A stretch of 32,108 nucleotides of DNA, taken from assembly GCF_001194135.2 (NCBI RefSeq), contig NC_068983.1:7925025-7957132 (forward strand). The letters run 5' to 3'. This DNA is from Octopus bimaculoides. Taxonomy: Eukaryota. This document shows, in pieces, positions 12,604 to 22,866 of the stretch (within the stretch, counting starts at the first letter, position 1; each line of letters starts with the position of its first letter). The translations under genes were made by a program, and so were the position numbers. The notes under the pieces were generated by a model. The model was not told the origin of the DNA. It did not search any database and saw only the letters and a program-made list of their open reading frames with translations.

Positions 12604-12646
12604 CTGCACCCACCTGTTTACATACCGCACTCTTGCCGAGATCGAG
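12604..12646 (+). CDS. Candidate 43-nt exon; phase 2 to 0 frame CTHLFTYRTLAEIE
   Basis: Acceptor cctatttcttcag| and very strong donor GAG|GTAAGG; GC-rich island in AT-rich DNA. All three frames are open, so the frame is inferred. Confidence 0.4.
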
Positions 12647-12938
12647 GTAAGGGATCAGGTATTGTAAATCGATTCAATACATTGTAATTTTCAGATAAAT
12701 AGCTCCTAGCAAATAGGTTTGTAACGAAAACACTGAACAACTTTGAGTAGATAATTTAAATCACGGAGTAGGAGTTCCATATGTATATATAGAGAGAATG
12801 TATCTCTACGGAGAGAAGTAAATCATCGCCGTATAGAATATTAAACTATAAACAAGTGGAATCGAAGTCCAATCAAATAACACGCATATGTTATATGTAA
12901 TATATTATCCCACGTCGCAAACATGTTTCTGCTAAATA

Positions 12939-13445
12939 CGGTGGGGGAGGGGTACTCAAAAGAAACTGGAATTCTGCAATATTACTTTATTCAGTTAGTT
13001 TTATATGTTTACACTTTTATCGCCCTCAAAGTATTCTCTATTTGAAGCGATTTACGGTCCAGATGTGTTTTCTGGACGCAGTCCTGCAACCCTTGCATAG
13101 TGATAACTTATTTCACCTCCGTCGTTTTTTTCCCTCACCTCTTCCACATTTTCCTTTCATGATTTTTTTTCATTTGGGGGAACAAAAAAAAAATGTCGCA
13201 GGGAGCAAGATCGGGTGAATTGGGAAGGTACGTAAGTGCGGTCATGCCATTTTTGGTCAAAACCTGTCTCGAACTTCTGTGAGCAAGCGAGGCACAAATT
13301 TTGCTGTAAATCTTTCCATTCGCGGTTCCTTGCTTAAAATTCGTTGGCAGGAGCTCCAGGACACACCAGTCATATCAACAAGTTTATCAATTGTTCGGCG
13401 AGGGTTTTGGAAGATTAGTTCATGAATTTTCGTGATGTCTTCATT
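12939..13445 (-). mobile_element. Internally deleted mariner (Tc1/mariner) transposon, 3' part with one TIR
   Basis: Minus-strand translation gives the HTH region NEDITKIHELIFQNPRRTIDKLVDMTGVSWSSCQRILS..., then AKFVPRLL (WVPHEL equivalent), LTKNGMTALTYLPNSPDLAPCD (YSPDL motif) and a C-terminal FEGDK. A TIR-like end TA-CG..GAGGGGTACTCAAAA lies at 12937-12961. Confidence 0.9.
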
Positions 13446-14103
13446 CTGTGGAACTTCCCAGTTGTTGTCAGGATTTTGCGGGTTTTGATATCTATGGAGT
13501 GGATTTCCTCTACAGACCAATCAAGTATCCCAAATGTTGGGATCAGCATTGGTACTGCAAATGCATTGTAGAATATTGTTTTGTTGTAAGAGGAGAGTTC
13601 CGACTGCCATATTTTCCTAAGTCTCGTGTAACATTCTCGGGTCACTCTATTTTTATTCACAGTGCCTTCATATGATTCATTTTCGTCTATGCCTAGGTAC
13701 TTGTAACATTCTTTGTGTGGAATGGGGGAGATAGAGAGAGAGACCATTGATGCACAGGTTTTGGGTTTGAGGGATTGATTTTCTCGTTCTATAACCAAAT
13801 ATGAACATTTCTTTTGGTCAAATTCCATGCCTGTGACAGCTGAAAATGTTAGTTATTAATTCCAGTTGTTTTTTGGCATTGTTAACACTTCAGGTCGTCT
13901 ACAAAGAAATTATGAGTTACATCGATATTTCTGGCAGTTGAAGATCCTAGCATGTCACCATTTGTTTCCTGCAGTAGGAACGATAATGGACTCAGTGCCA
14001 AGATGAAAAGAAGTACAGAAAGATTACCTCCCTGGAATATTCCCTTTGTAATGCCTATACTATTAGAAACAATTATTCTGTTCTCAGTTGTAAGGGTAAG
14101 AAA
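13446..14103 (-). mobile_element. Non-LTR retrotransposon RT fragment, R4/Dong-like (RLE-type) clade, frameshifted
   Basis: Motifs GIFQGGNLSVLLFILALSPLSFLL, HNFFVDDLK, GMEFDQKKC, YKYLGI, and RLRKIWQSELSSYNKTIFYNAFAVPMLIPTFGILDW...DIKTRKIL typical of R4/Dong RT. Confidence 0.85.
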
Positions 14104-14153
14104 TAATATAAATAATGTAAATAATGTATATATATATATATATATTTCTATAA

Positions 14154-14691
14154 ACAAAACTGCTTTGATGAAAGGATTAAGATAGATAAGAAGACATTGA
14201 TATAAAAGGATACTAAGCGGTAAAATATTGAATATAATATACGTACATATAGATAAATACACATAGCCTGAGATTACATGATAGATGACTTACATTAAAG
14301 TACAGATAGCATTATTATAAAGTGCAAATAAGTTCTATAGACACAGAAATTGAAACAAAAGTCCATTTGTTTTGTTCATCTTATTCCACTATTCAATATT
14401 TCAGTTGCTTTTGCACAAAGCTATGACCTACTTCATAGAGTTTGCAGGCAAACCATAATGATATCCGCTAGGCAGCTGAAGATAGGATATATACATTTGT
14501 TGTGTATTTTTGTGGATTTTGTTTTCTTTATCCTTTTTATTCTTTTCATTTACTGTGAACCTTTTCTATCTTCTGTTTTCGTGATCTTAATTTGTCCTTC
14601 ATTAAAATTCTATGCTAACACTTCTTTAGAGAGCTGTTCATTCCTTAGTTTGTGGTGGTCTTGATGCATACACGCATGTATGTGAAAATTT

Positions 14692-14742
<51 letters not shown>

Positions 14743-14865
14743 CAATATATCGGCTATGTGTATTTATCTATACGTAGGTATATTATATTCGATATTAGCG
14801 CTTACTATCCTTTTATACCAATGTTTTTCTATCTACCTTAATCGTCTCATCAAAGTAGTTTTTGT
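14154..14865. repeat. Inverted repeat pair (arms 14154-14268 and 14752-14865, about 85% identical by eye) around a ~480-bp spacer; MITE-like or two opposed copies of one repeat
   Basis: The reverse complement of the left arm (ggctatgtgtatttatctatatgtacgtatattatattc...catcaaagcagttttgt) aligns with the right arm (ggctatgtgtatttatctatacgtaggtatattatattc...catcaaagtagtttttgt). (TA)n lies outside both arms; the right arm runs into a gap. Confidence 0.85.
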
Positions 14866-15024
14866 NNNNNNNNNNNNNNNNNNNNNNNNNNNNNNNNNNN
14901 NNNNNNNNNNNNNNNNNNNNNNNNNNNNNNNNNNNNNNNNNNNNNNNNNNNNNNNNNNNNNNNNNNNNNNNNNNNNNNNNNNNNNNNNNNNNNNNNNNNN
15001 NNNNNNNNNNNNNNNNNNNNNNNN

Positions 15025-15056
<32 letters not shown>

Positions 15057-15173
15057 ACAGGAAAAGAGAACTCTATCCGTCTATCCGTCTATCCCTCATT
15101 CATGGCTGTTGTTAAAGTGCTTACATCTGCCAAAGGTACCTTCTACTTTAATTTCTGCTACATAGAGACTCAC

Positions 15174-15228
15174 AAAGACATGGACAGCTACCACTACGCC
15201 ATACGCGCTGAGTATCATCCCAGTATTT
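15174..15228 (-). CDS. Candidate 55-nt exon (KYWDDTQRVWRSGSCPCL or NTGMILSAYGVVVAVHVF)
   Basis: Acceptor tctattacatatcag| and donor TTT|GTGAGT; GC-elevated; two frames open. Confidence 0.25.
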
Positions 15229-15769
15229 CTGATATGTAATAGATTTTTATACACTTTTTGTAATATTGCTTTATAATAATGAGAATCGAATGTGATAAGA
15301 AAAATCGGGAAGAATCAAACATAACTATTATTCTCGCATATTAGTATAATTAAGAAAATTCGCCCGTTTCTAATATATTCGCTTTTGCAAAAAGAATTGT
15401 AAAACTCTTTAAGAAGAAAGACTATTATAAACGAGAATATCTGCTTAAAATATAAGTGATGAATACGTTTTTCTTCTTTTTATAATAAAAATGTCTTTAT
15501 TAAGAAAGGATACAAAACAGAGACAACTCTTTCCTAGAATTGCAAAATTTCTCAGAACATTAAATAATATACAGCACTGAGTGGTGGCAAACAGTCGAAA
15601 TTAAATTCTGAGACATTATAAATTGGCAGGAATGATTAGGCAGCATAAAAATGTTAACTCATAAACGACTGAATTGATTACAGACATGAACGAAATGAAA
15701 ACTTTCTCTAATCATAAAAGAACAAATAAAACTGATGTTGTATGGAAATTATTCTACTCATATGTGTGA

Positions 15770-15850
15770 CAACAACAACAACAACAACACCAGCAACAAC
15801 AACAACAACAACAACAACAGCAACAGCAACAGCAACTTTAATAACAGCAA
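15770..15850. repeat. (CAA/CAG)n microsatellite
   Basis: Direct reading. Confidence 0.9.
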
Positions 15851-15868
15851 AACTGTAACAGCAAACAC

Positions 15869-15907
<39 letters not shown>

Positions 15908-16554
15908 NNNNNNNNNNNNNNNNNNNNNNNNNNNNNNNNNNNNNNNNNNNNNNNNNNNNNNNNNNNNNNNNNNNNNNNNNNNNNNNNNNNNNNNNNNNNN
16001 NNNNNNNNNNNNNNNNNNNNNNNNNNNNNNNNNNNNNNNNNNNNNNNNNNNNNNNNNNNNNNNNNNNNNNNNNNNNNNNNNNNNNNNNNNNNNNNNNNNN
16101 NNNNNNNNNNNNNNNNNNNNNNNNNNNNNNNNNNNNNNNNNNNNNNNNNNNNNNNNNNNNNNNNNNNNNNNNNNNNNNNNNNNNNNNNNNNNNNNNNNNN
16201 NNNNNNNNNNNNNNNNNNNNNNNNNNNNNNNNNTATATATATATATATATGCCAGTTTTATTGCCGTTAGTCTCTTTCCATGTCACGAACACTACATATT
16301 TAAACCATTAGAGTTCTAACAAATCTTAGGTCACACTTTCTGTGATGTTTAGACCCTAACAGCGGCCAAACCATTTAATGGCGTTGTTAAATCTGCACCA
16401 CAAAGACGGATTTTTCTTTGTAGCTGATGAAATTTTGTTAGTCCTTTACAATGCTTTCAGCAAGATCCACGTTGTATGACCGCGCACACATCCGGGACAA
16501 ACATGTTGCTGCCGATGGTATCATCGCCGCTGCTACTGTTTGCCGTCGGCGCAG

Positions 16555-16636
16555 CTACTGCAGCAGCTGGCGCTACAACAACAACAACGACAGCAGCAAC
16601 AACAGCAACAGCAGCAACAACAATGACAACAACTAC

Positions 16637-16670
<34 letters not shown>

Positions 16671-16705
16671 GCTACTGCTACTGCTACTACTACTACTGCT
16701 GCTGT

Positions 16706-16760
<55 letters not shown>

Positions 16761-16782
16761 GCTGCTGCTGCTACTGCTGCTG
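16555..16782. repeat. Compound (CAG/CAA/CTA/CTG)n trinucleotide microsatellite
   Basis: Direct reading; gives poly-T, poly-S and poly-V ORFs. Confidence 0.95.
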
Positions 16783-16879
16783 TTACACAAACAAATCCTG
16801 ATTACGTTTAAACGATCATTCGATGAACTGACAGTTATTAATTCACTCACTCAATTGCTGTTTCATGTCTCTGACGTCT

Positions 16880-17210
16880 CCTCTGTCGTTTACTAGAAAG
16901 TCATCACTTTTGTGAATAACCTCCATATACTACCAAGTCAAATTAATCCGATTCACCCGATTTTTTTCTTTCCTCATCCTAACTGTGCCTCAGCTATTCT
17001 CTTGGCTGTTACGCCTCGGAGCATGCAATGCTCATGTCATCTCCACTCTAGCATTCCTGATTCACTCGCCCCTTAAAACATCTGTGTCCAGCCTAATGCC
17101 TTTCTACACTAATTACTACGGTTAATCCTTCCTATTCAGAACTTCGACCCTCTGCAATCTCTTTCCTGCTGATATCTTTTCCGCTTATGTTAACTTTCAA
17201 AGAAAATTCA
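16880..17210 (+). mobile_element. Degenerate 3' end of a CR1/L2-type LINE ORF2
   Basis: Translation at about 17101-17200, FYTNYYG*SFLFRTSTLCNLFPADIFSAYVNFQ, resembles the CR1/L2 C-terminal pattern SFFPRTSxLWNxLP..F. Confidence 0.55.
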
Positions 17211-17920
17211 TGGTGTGCACGTGGAACTGCGAGTGCGCAAACGATAACGTATCTATTCATTCTTAATATATAGGAGATTCGAAAGTGAATGCCTGATCAC
17301 TTTTATTATTTTCCAGAGGAGAACCTATCCTCCTTTTAAATGATGTGTATTCATTATACACATAGTTCACCGATGTAAGGAAACTTGGAGAAACCGTGGT
17401 GTATTGACCTTAATGTGCATCTTTGCAATCGAAGCTACTCCGGACCGATGGACGTCAGAAGAGTATGAGAGCTTGTTTATAAGAATCAGCAAACAAATAA
17501 TTTGCTGACAGCTTTGTCCCTTCTTGAAGACCTAGGAATAAATAAATACATTTCTCACCTAAGTTCTATTACCCTAGACCTTCAACAAACTGGAATTCCC
17601 AGTCTTGCCAATACTTTGCCTGCGGACGTTGGCTCCAAATGTTCAAACTGTATCATTGTCAGCAAGCTTTTGAAGGCCTATAAAGTTGAAGGGTATTATA
17701 CCTGTTCTGATTATATTTTAAAAAGAAAATCATTTAAAGCTGTACTGTTTATAATCAAAACCGTGTTTGATATCAAATTTGCCCCTGTGCTTGTCAGCCA
17801 TTAACCGAAATATTCAGTTGTTGATAACCCAACTATTAAAAGAAATTGCTACATAAATTGATAATCAAACGGGATAAGTTGGAATTCTTTTTAATGAGAA
17901 GATAGCGCTTTGTTTTATCA

Positions 17921-18298
17921 TTTATCTTTTACTTAGTGTCAAGTTTGGATATTGCTACGAGTGGTTTTCATAAGATAGATAGAACCCCACCCCTAGTATT
18001 TACTTTAAAAAAGTTGGTACTTATTCTATTGAGGTCATAAGCTGAGACAATAACATAAGGAAACGTAACCAAACCAGTATCGCGTGTCAAGTGGTGGTGG
18101 TGTGACAAATACAGACACAGATACACACATACACGCATACTCATGCGCACACAATCACACACACACACATACGACGAGTTTCTACATAGCCAGCCCGGGG
18201 CTATAGCTGAAGACATTTGCCAAAAGCAATGCACAATGGTACTGAACCCGAAAGCGCGTGGTTGCAAAACGAACTTCTTAATCACACGGCCATGCTTG
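17921..18298 (-). mobile_element. tRNA-derived SINE family A, minus strand, diverged and internally deleted
   Basis: The reverse complement reads gcatggccgtgtgattaagaag...gggttcagtaccattgtg...ttggcaaatgtcttcagctatagcc...aatagaataagtacc...aagtaaaaagataa, homologous to 7173-7579. Confidence 0.75.
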
Positions 18299-18328
18299 CA
18301 TTTTGATCAAGTTTTATTCTTGTTTTTG

Positions 18329-18655
18329 AAGGCGCGTGGCTTAATGGTTAGAGTATTCGGCTCACGATTGTATGATCATGAGTTCGATACCCGGTGGTGC
18401 GTTGTGTCATTGAACAAGACACTTTAATTCATGCCGCTCCATCCTACTCAGCTGGCAAAAGTAAGTTGTAACTGTATTTCAAAAGACCAGCCTTGTCATA
18501 CTCTGTGTCACGTTGAATCTCCTTGAGAACTACGCTAAGGGTACGAGTGTCCGTGGAGATCTCAGCCAGTTGCACGTTACTTTCAGGTGGAGGCTTCTCC
18601 ATTGATCGGATCAACTGGGACACTCGTAATTGTCGTAAGCGACGGAGTGTCAGTT
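18329..18655 (+). mobile_element. tRNA-derived SINE family B, near full length
   Basis: Head GGCGCGTGGCTTAATGGTTAG (A box) ... GAGTTCGATACC (B box) ... TTGAACAAGACACTT, followed by a non-tRNA body. A related head lies at 22657-22766. Confidence 0.8.
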
Positions 18656-20506
18656 CATTAACGTTTTATTCAAGTTATTTTCACCTGTCCCCAAGAATGT
18701 AAAGGGAACTAAAAAAGTCCTTTACATTAGACGAGAATGGAATGAATGAACGTATCATCGTTTTCCTCGGATGATCCTGGCACGACAAGATTACTCAGTT
18801 GTAAGCCATTTAAGTTTAGCGTTAAACTGCTTTAAATGTTTGGATGCATCTTAGTAACAAAACATAGCTTATGATAAAGCATTGCATCTTGTATGTGCTT
18901 CATATGCTGAAAATAGAAACCCAATTGTCTTCAAATTTCATTCAAACCGCGTTGGAAACGAACCCCCACATTGGATAACGTAGTTTTGGGCGTCTTTGAA
19001 AATAACACAATAGCAGGTTTGAACACCTTTGATGTGCTAAGTCTGTTCGATTAAGGCAGAACTTTGTTTATATTTATAGATTATATACAGGTAATATTAC
19101 ATATGCGTCTGCGTGTATGTGTGAGTTTGTGCGTAAGGTATAATTCAATATGTACATCACAGCGTGCATCAGAGTTTCTAATGTAATAAATTTTAAGAAT
19201 TTAAACTATAATTTTAAAGTCTTTTGCTGTGAAACTTAAAACCAGTGTAAATGCATCACCGTACACAGAGAAAGAAGACATGTTTCATAGATTTATGACG
19301 GTGCATCAGAGACATTATATGTTTTTGTACCTGTGTGTGTGTGTGTGAGTGTGAGTTTATGTGTATGTTTGCGTGTGTGTGTATTTAAATATATTGATTC
19401 GATATATGACCTAAAGAGGGCACACTAAAAAACGTCACATGGCTTGCTATAATGAGAAGTGAAATCTAATCACATTATATCGTCTTACAAAAGAAGACCA
19501 TGGATAATATGGTCTTTTGTGGACTCTTAATGGAAAAGACGAAATAGTCGCAGTTAACATGTCTGTGATCATAAACCTGCTTGATTAAATCTGACATGGT
19601 GATGAACAAGAAGACGGTAACTCGTAGTAGTCAACTTGAATAGTAAGAACATGGCTAGAGAAACTTTGATCTGTAAGCCATCTTGGTCATTGCTGACCCA
19701 CATCTAAACAATTATGGACAATTATTAGATTTAATTCCGCATTGATGTGACTGAATTCCAGAACATGAAATTTACTCTCTCTGAAATATAGTGACACTAG
19801 GTGGACGGAAATGCTAGCAGCCTGTAATGCCGAGATACTGTTTGAGAAGTAGAGACAACAACTAACAAGTTAGGGAGATGAATTAGATGTCTTAAAGACA
19901 GGAGTTTAGAAACTGAACGTTATTGAGGAAATACAAGAAAGGAATTTATTTACCCAGCAGTAGGAAAGCAATGGTTAATTTTGATTGATTGAAAATCTAA
20001 AGAAATTTTACCAATCAACAAGAATACTTATTATATATTCATTCATATGACGTAAATGTACAAAATTATTGCCAAACCAAACAAAATCGCATTGAAAAAG
20101 AAAAAAATAATTAAAAAATATCTTTTTCCCCCCTTTATTCCCCATTGGATTCTAGTATAGTTATATCGAAAACAAGAACATTGCTCATAGTCGCCATAAC
20201 ATGTATTCTGGCAAATATTTCTAATAAACAAATACTCATTTAGACACTTCCTTTGTTTGTTATAATTTCTCTCACTCTCTTTTTTTTTACAATGCAGACT
20301 TCTTCAAATAAATGAAATGATTAATAGAAATGTTGGACTGTTACCAACTTTAAAACGAAGAATATTTTGGACGAAAATGTTATTGATTGCTGTGGGAAGT
20401 GAAAAGAATTGAAAATGAATTGTATTTTGACGTATATTTGTCAATATTACGCAGAATACAAGGGTAATGTAAGTTTTCTCGTTTATTTTATATTTGTGTT
20501 TAGCCA

Positions 20507-21186
20507 TTTACGTTCTGAGTTCAAATCATTCCGGGGTCTGCTTTGCCTTTCATCCTTCTGAAATCAATATTACCAGCCACACTCTGGGTTTGATATAATA
20601 AATTGTTTCTTCTATTGTTTGTGGTCTGTAAAATCAATGTTGTATAGAATAAAATGTGACGGCAATTTACAATATTATTTATATTTTCAAGTTCAAATCC
20701 TGTTACTGTTGACTTCATATTTCTTTTTTTATTTTCCAAGGTTGATAAATACAAATAACATACTGGTGGCGACTTATCCGATTGTAACCTCCGTCAAAAT
20801 TTCTTTTCATGTGACAATGTTAAGGAATCATATTGTGTTGTGCATGTAAGTGATGTATTGCAGCATTTAATTGCCTTTTACATACTGAGTTCAAATCAAA
20901 CCGAGATCATATTTACTTTTCAACTTTTCCGGTCAAACTCTCGGCTTCTAGTAAAAATCTTTATTTTGTCCGGCACGGTAAAGATTTTGCCATCTCGCCT
21001 TCTTAATCATGATTATTATTATTATAAACACCTTCACACGCCGCCGTGGTTACCTTGCCTTTCACGTTTTCGGGTTCGATAAAATAAGTATCAATTGAGC
21101 TCTGGGGTCGTCGTAATCGACTCGCCTTCTCCCCACACCCTCCACCAAATTTCCAAATTTCAGGCGTTGTGCTTATAACAAGAAGG
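20507..21186 (+). mobile_element. Four same-orientation fragments of SINE family C (20507-20600, 20677-20780, 20877-20935, 21039-21186)
   Basis: Three fragments share a (GA)GTTCAAATC B-box. Fragments 1 and 4 share TTGCCTTTCA...CTCTGGG, and fragments 2 and 4 share GATAAA. Confidence 0.65.
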
Positions 21187-21573
21187 CTTACTATTGTAAA
21201 CACTACCAGGGTGTGAGTGGAAGAGTAGAAGACATGGTGTATCTAGGATTACATACTAAAGTAGGTTTATCCATTTTCATAAGATAGTAGGGAATCACTT
21301 CAGGGATAAGTGACTGCGCTATTTTTAGCAGGTTGCTTTTCTGAACAAATGTCAGTTAAAAATGCAATACTTTATAAGCTTTTGTTCAGTTTCATTCATC
21401 CAGACCAGGTCTACTGTTAGAAAACACTAACAAAATCTTTCCCTAAGTTTATCAATCATTGTAGTTTTCTAAAAGGCAACGAATGGTGCATTTTCTCCAT
21501 TGATGAACAAAAATATGACCCGCGTTCATAATCCAGTTATTCTGAGATGTAGAAGTAAGCAATATAATACGTT

Positions 21574-21576
<3 letters not shown>

Positions 21577-21655
<79 letters not shown>
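21577..21655. repeat. (TA)n microsatellite
   Basis: Direct reading. Confidence 0.95.
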
Positions 21656-21657
<2 letters not shown>

Positions 21658-21665
21658 CATATACA

Positions 21666-22020
21666 TAACATATGGTATAATTATAAACAGGGTAAAGTTT
21701 AGCCATTTCTCCACCGACGGAAAAAAAATGATGAAGAATCTTAATGGATTTTCGAGCTTTATTGGTTTCTCATCAAAAACATTTATATAATCAGATACAG
21801 CTACGGGACCGTTAATCAGCCAAACTATTTATATGCTCAACAAATGCAGCAGTTACTCTATGAAGGAGACCCTAATTTGCATACCGAAAGAGTTTAACAC
21901 TCTATAAGCACCAGCGGCCTGTCAAGAGGGATCATAGTCCACGCAGTATCAAACTATGATATAAGATAATGTAACATATGGTATAATTATAAACAGGGCA
22001 AATTTTAGCCATTTCCCCAC
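21666..22020 (+). repeat. 49-bp direct repeat (21666-21714 and 21972-22020, 3 mismatches)
   Basis: taacatatggtataattataaacagggtaaagtttagccatttctccac versus taacatatggtataattataaacagggcaaattttagccatttccccac. Confidence 0.9.
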
Positions 22021-22040
22021 AGACTATATATCTATATCTA

Positions 22041-22095
<55 letters not shown>

Positions 22096-22656
22096 NNNNN
22101 NNNNNNNNNNNNNNNNNNNNNNNNNNNNNNNNNNNNNNNNNNNNNNNNNNNNNNNNNNNNNNNNNNTATACATATACGCATACACATACATACATATATA
22201 TAAAAATATATATGTATGTGTGTATAAGACGATAATTTTATAACTTCGTTAAACCGAAGAACAAAAATAAAAATAAAAATAGGACTGCAACTGGAAATGC
22301 TCAGGTGACACCGAGGCGAAAGGAGAAATAAATTGAAAGGTGTAATGAATAAAAACTCCAATAGGTCAAAACAACTTTATACCATTCCGAAATTATCAAA
22401 AAGTAGAATAGAAATATGTATTAACACAATAGGGCACCCAAAGGTAAAACCCAATAGTATAAAATATACACATACACAAAAAGGGGATAAAAGGGTAATG
22501 CGAGTGAAGCCGAAGGGAGAAAAATATATGGTATTAATAAATGCATAATAAAGGTGACTAAAAATTTAAGGCAATGGAACTAAAATCATATAAATATAAA
22601 TATATATTAATATAAGGTGTGTGTGTATGTGTGTGTGAGTGTGTATGCGTGTAAAA

Positions 22657-22766
22657 CATGCAGTTTAGTGGTTAGAGTGGCCGCGTTACGATCGTATAGT
22701 CAACAGTTCAATTCATGAACCAGGAGGCACATGTTCTTGTTCAAGGCATTTCATTCCCCGTTGCTC
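22657..22766 (+). mobile_element. SINE family B head fragment
   Basis: GTTTAGTGGTTAGAGTG...ACGATCGTA...AGTTCAATTC...TTCAAGGCATTTCATT, similar to 18329-18430. Confidence 0.6.
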
Positions 22767-22825
22767 TTACAAACTGTGATATCTTGGGTCAAAGAGTGGA
22801 ATAATCGAGAGAATTTCTGTATCAG

Positions 22826-22866
22826 CTGGCGAATACTGAGGCAACTAGAACGTTTGCGAAGGCATG
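22826..22866 (+). CDS. Candidate 41-nt exon LANTEATRTFAKA(W)
   Basis: Acceptor gaatttctgtatcag| and donor ATG|GTATGT; a phase 0 start would follow 12604-12646. Confidence 0.2.

Noticed and set aside
12436-12895. Weak direct similarity between about 12436-12478 and 12858-12893 (AATCGAA..TCCAAT.AAAT..ACG.CATAT.TTATA)
   Set aside because: Short, gapped and AT-rich; not distinguishable from chance by eye.
7173-18430. tRNA genes at SINE heads
   Set aside because: A and B boxes are present, but no cloverleaf is evident and each continues into a SINE body.
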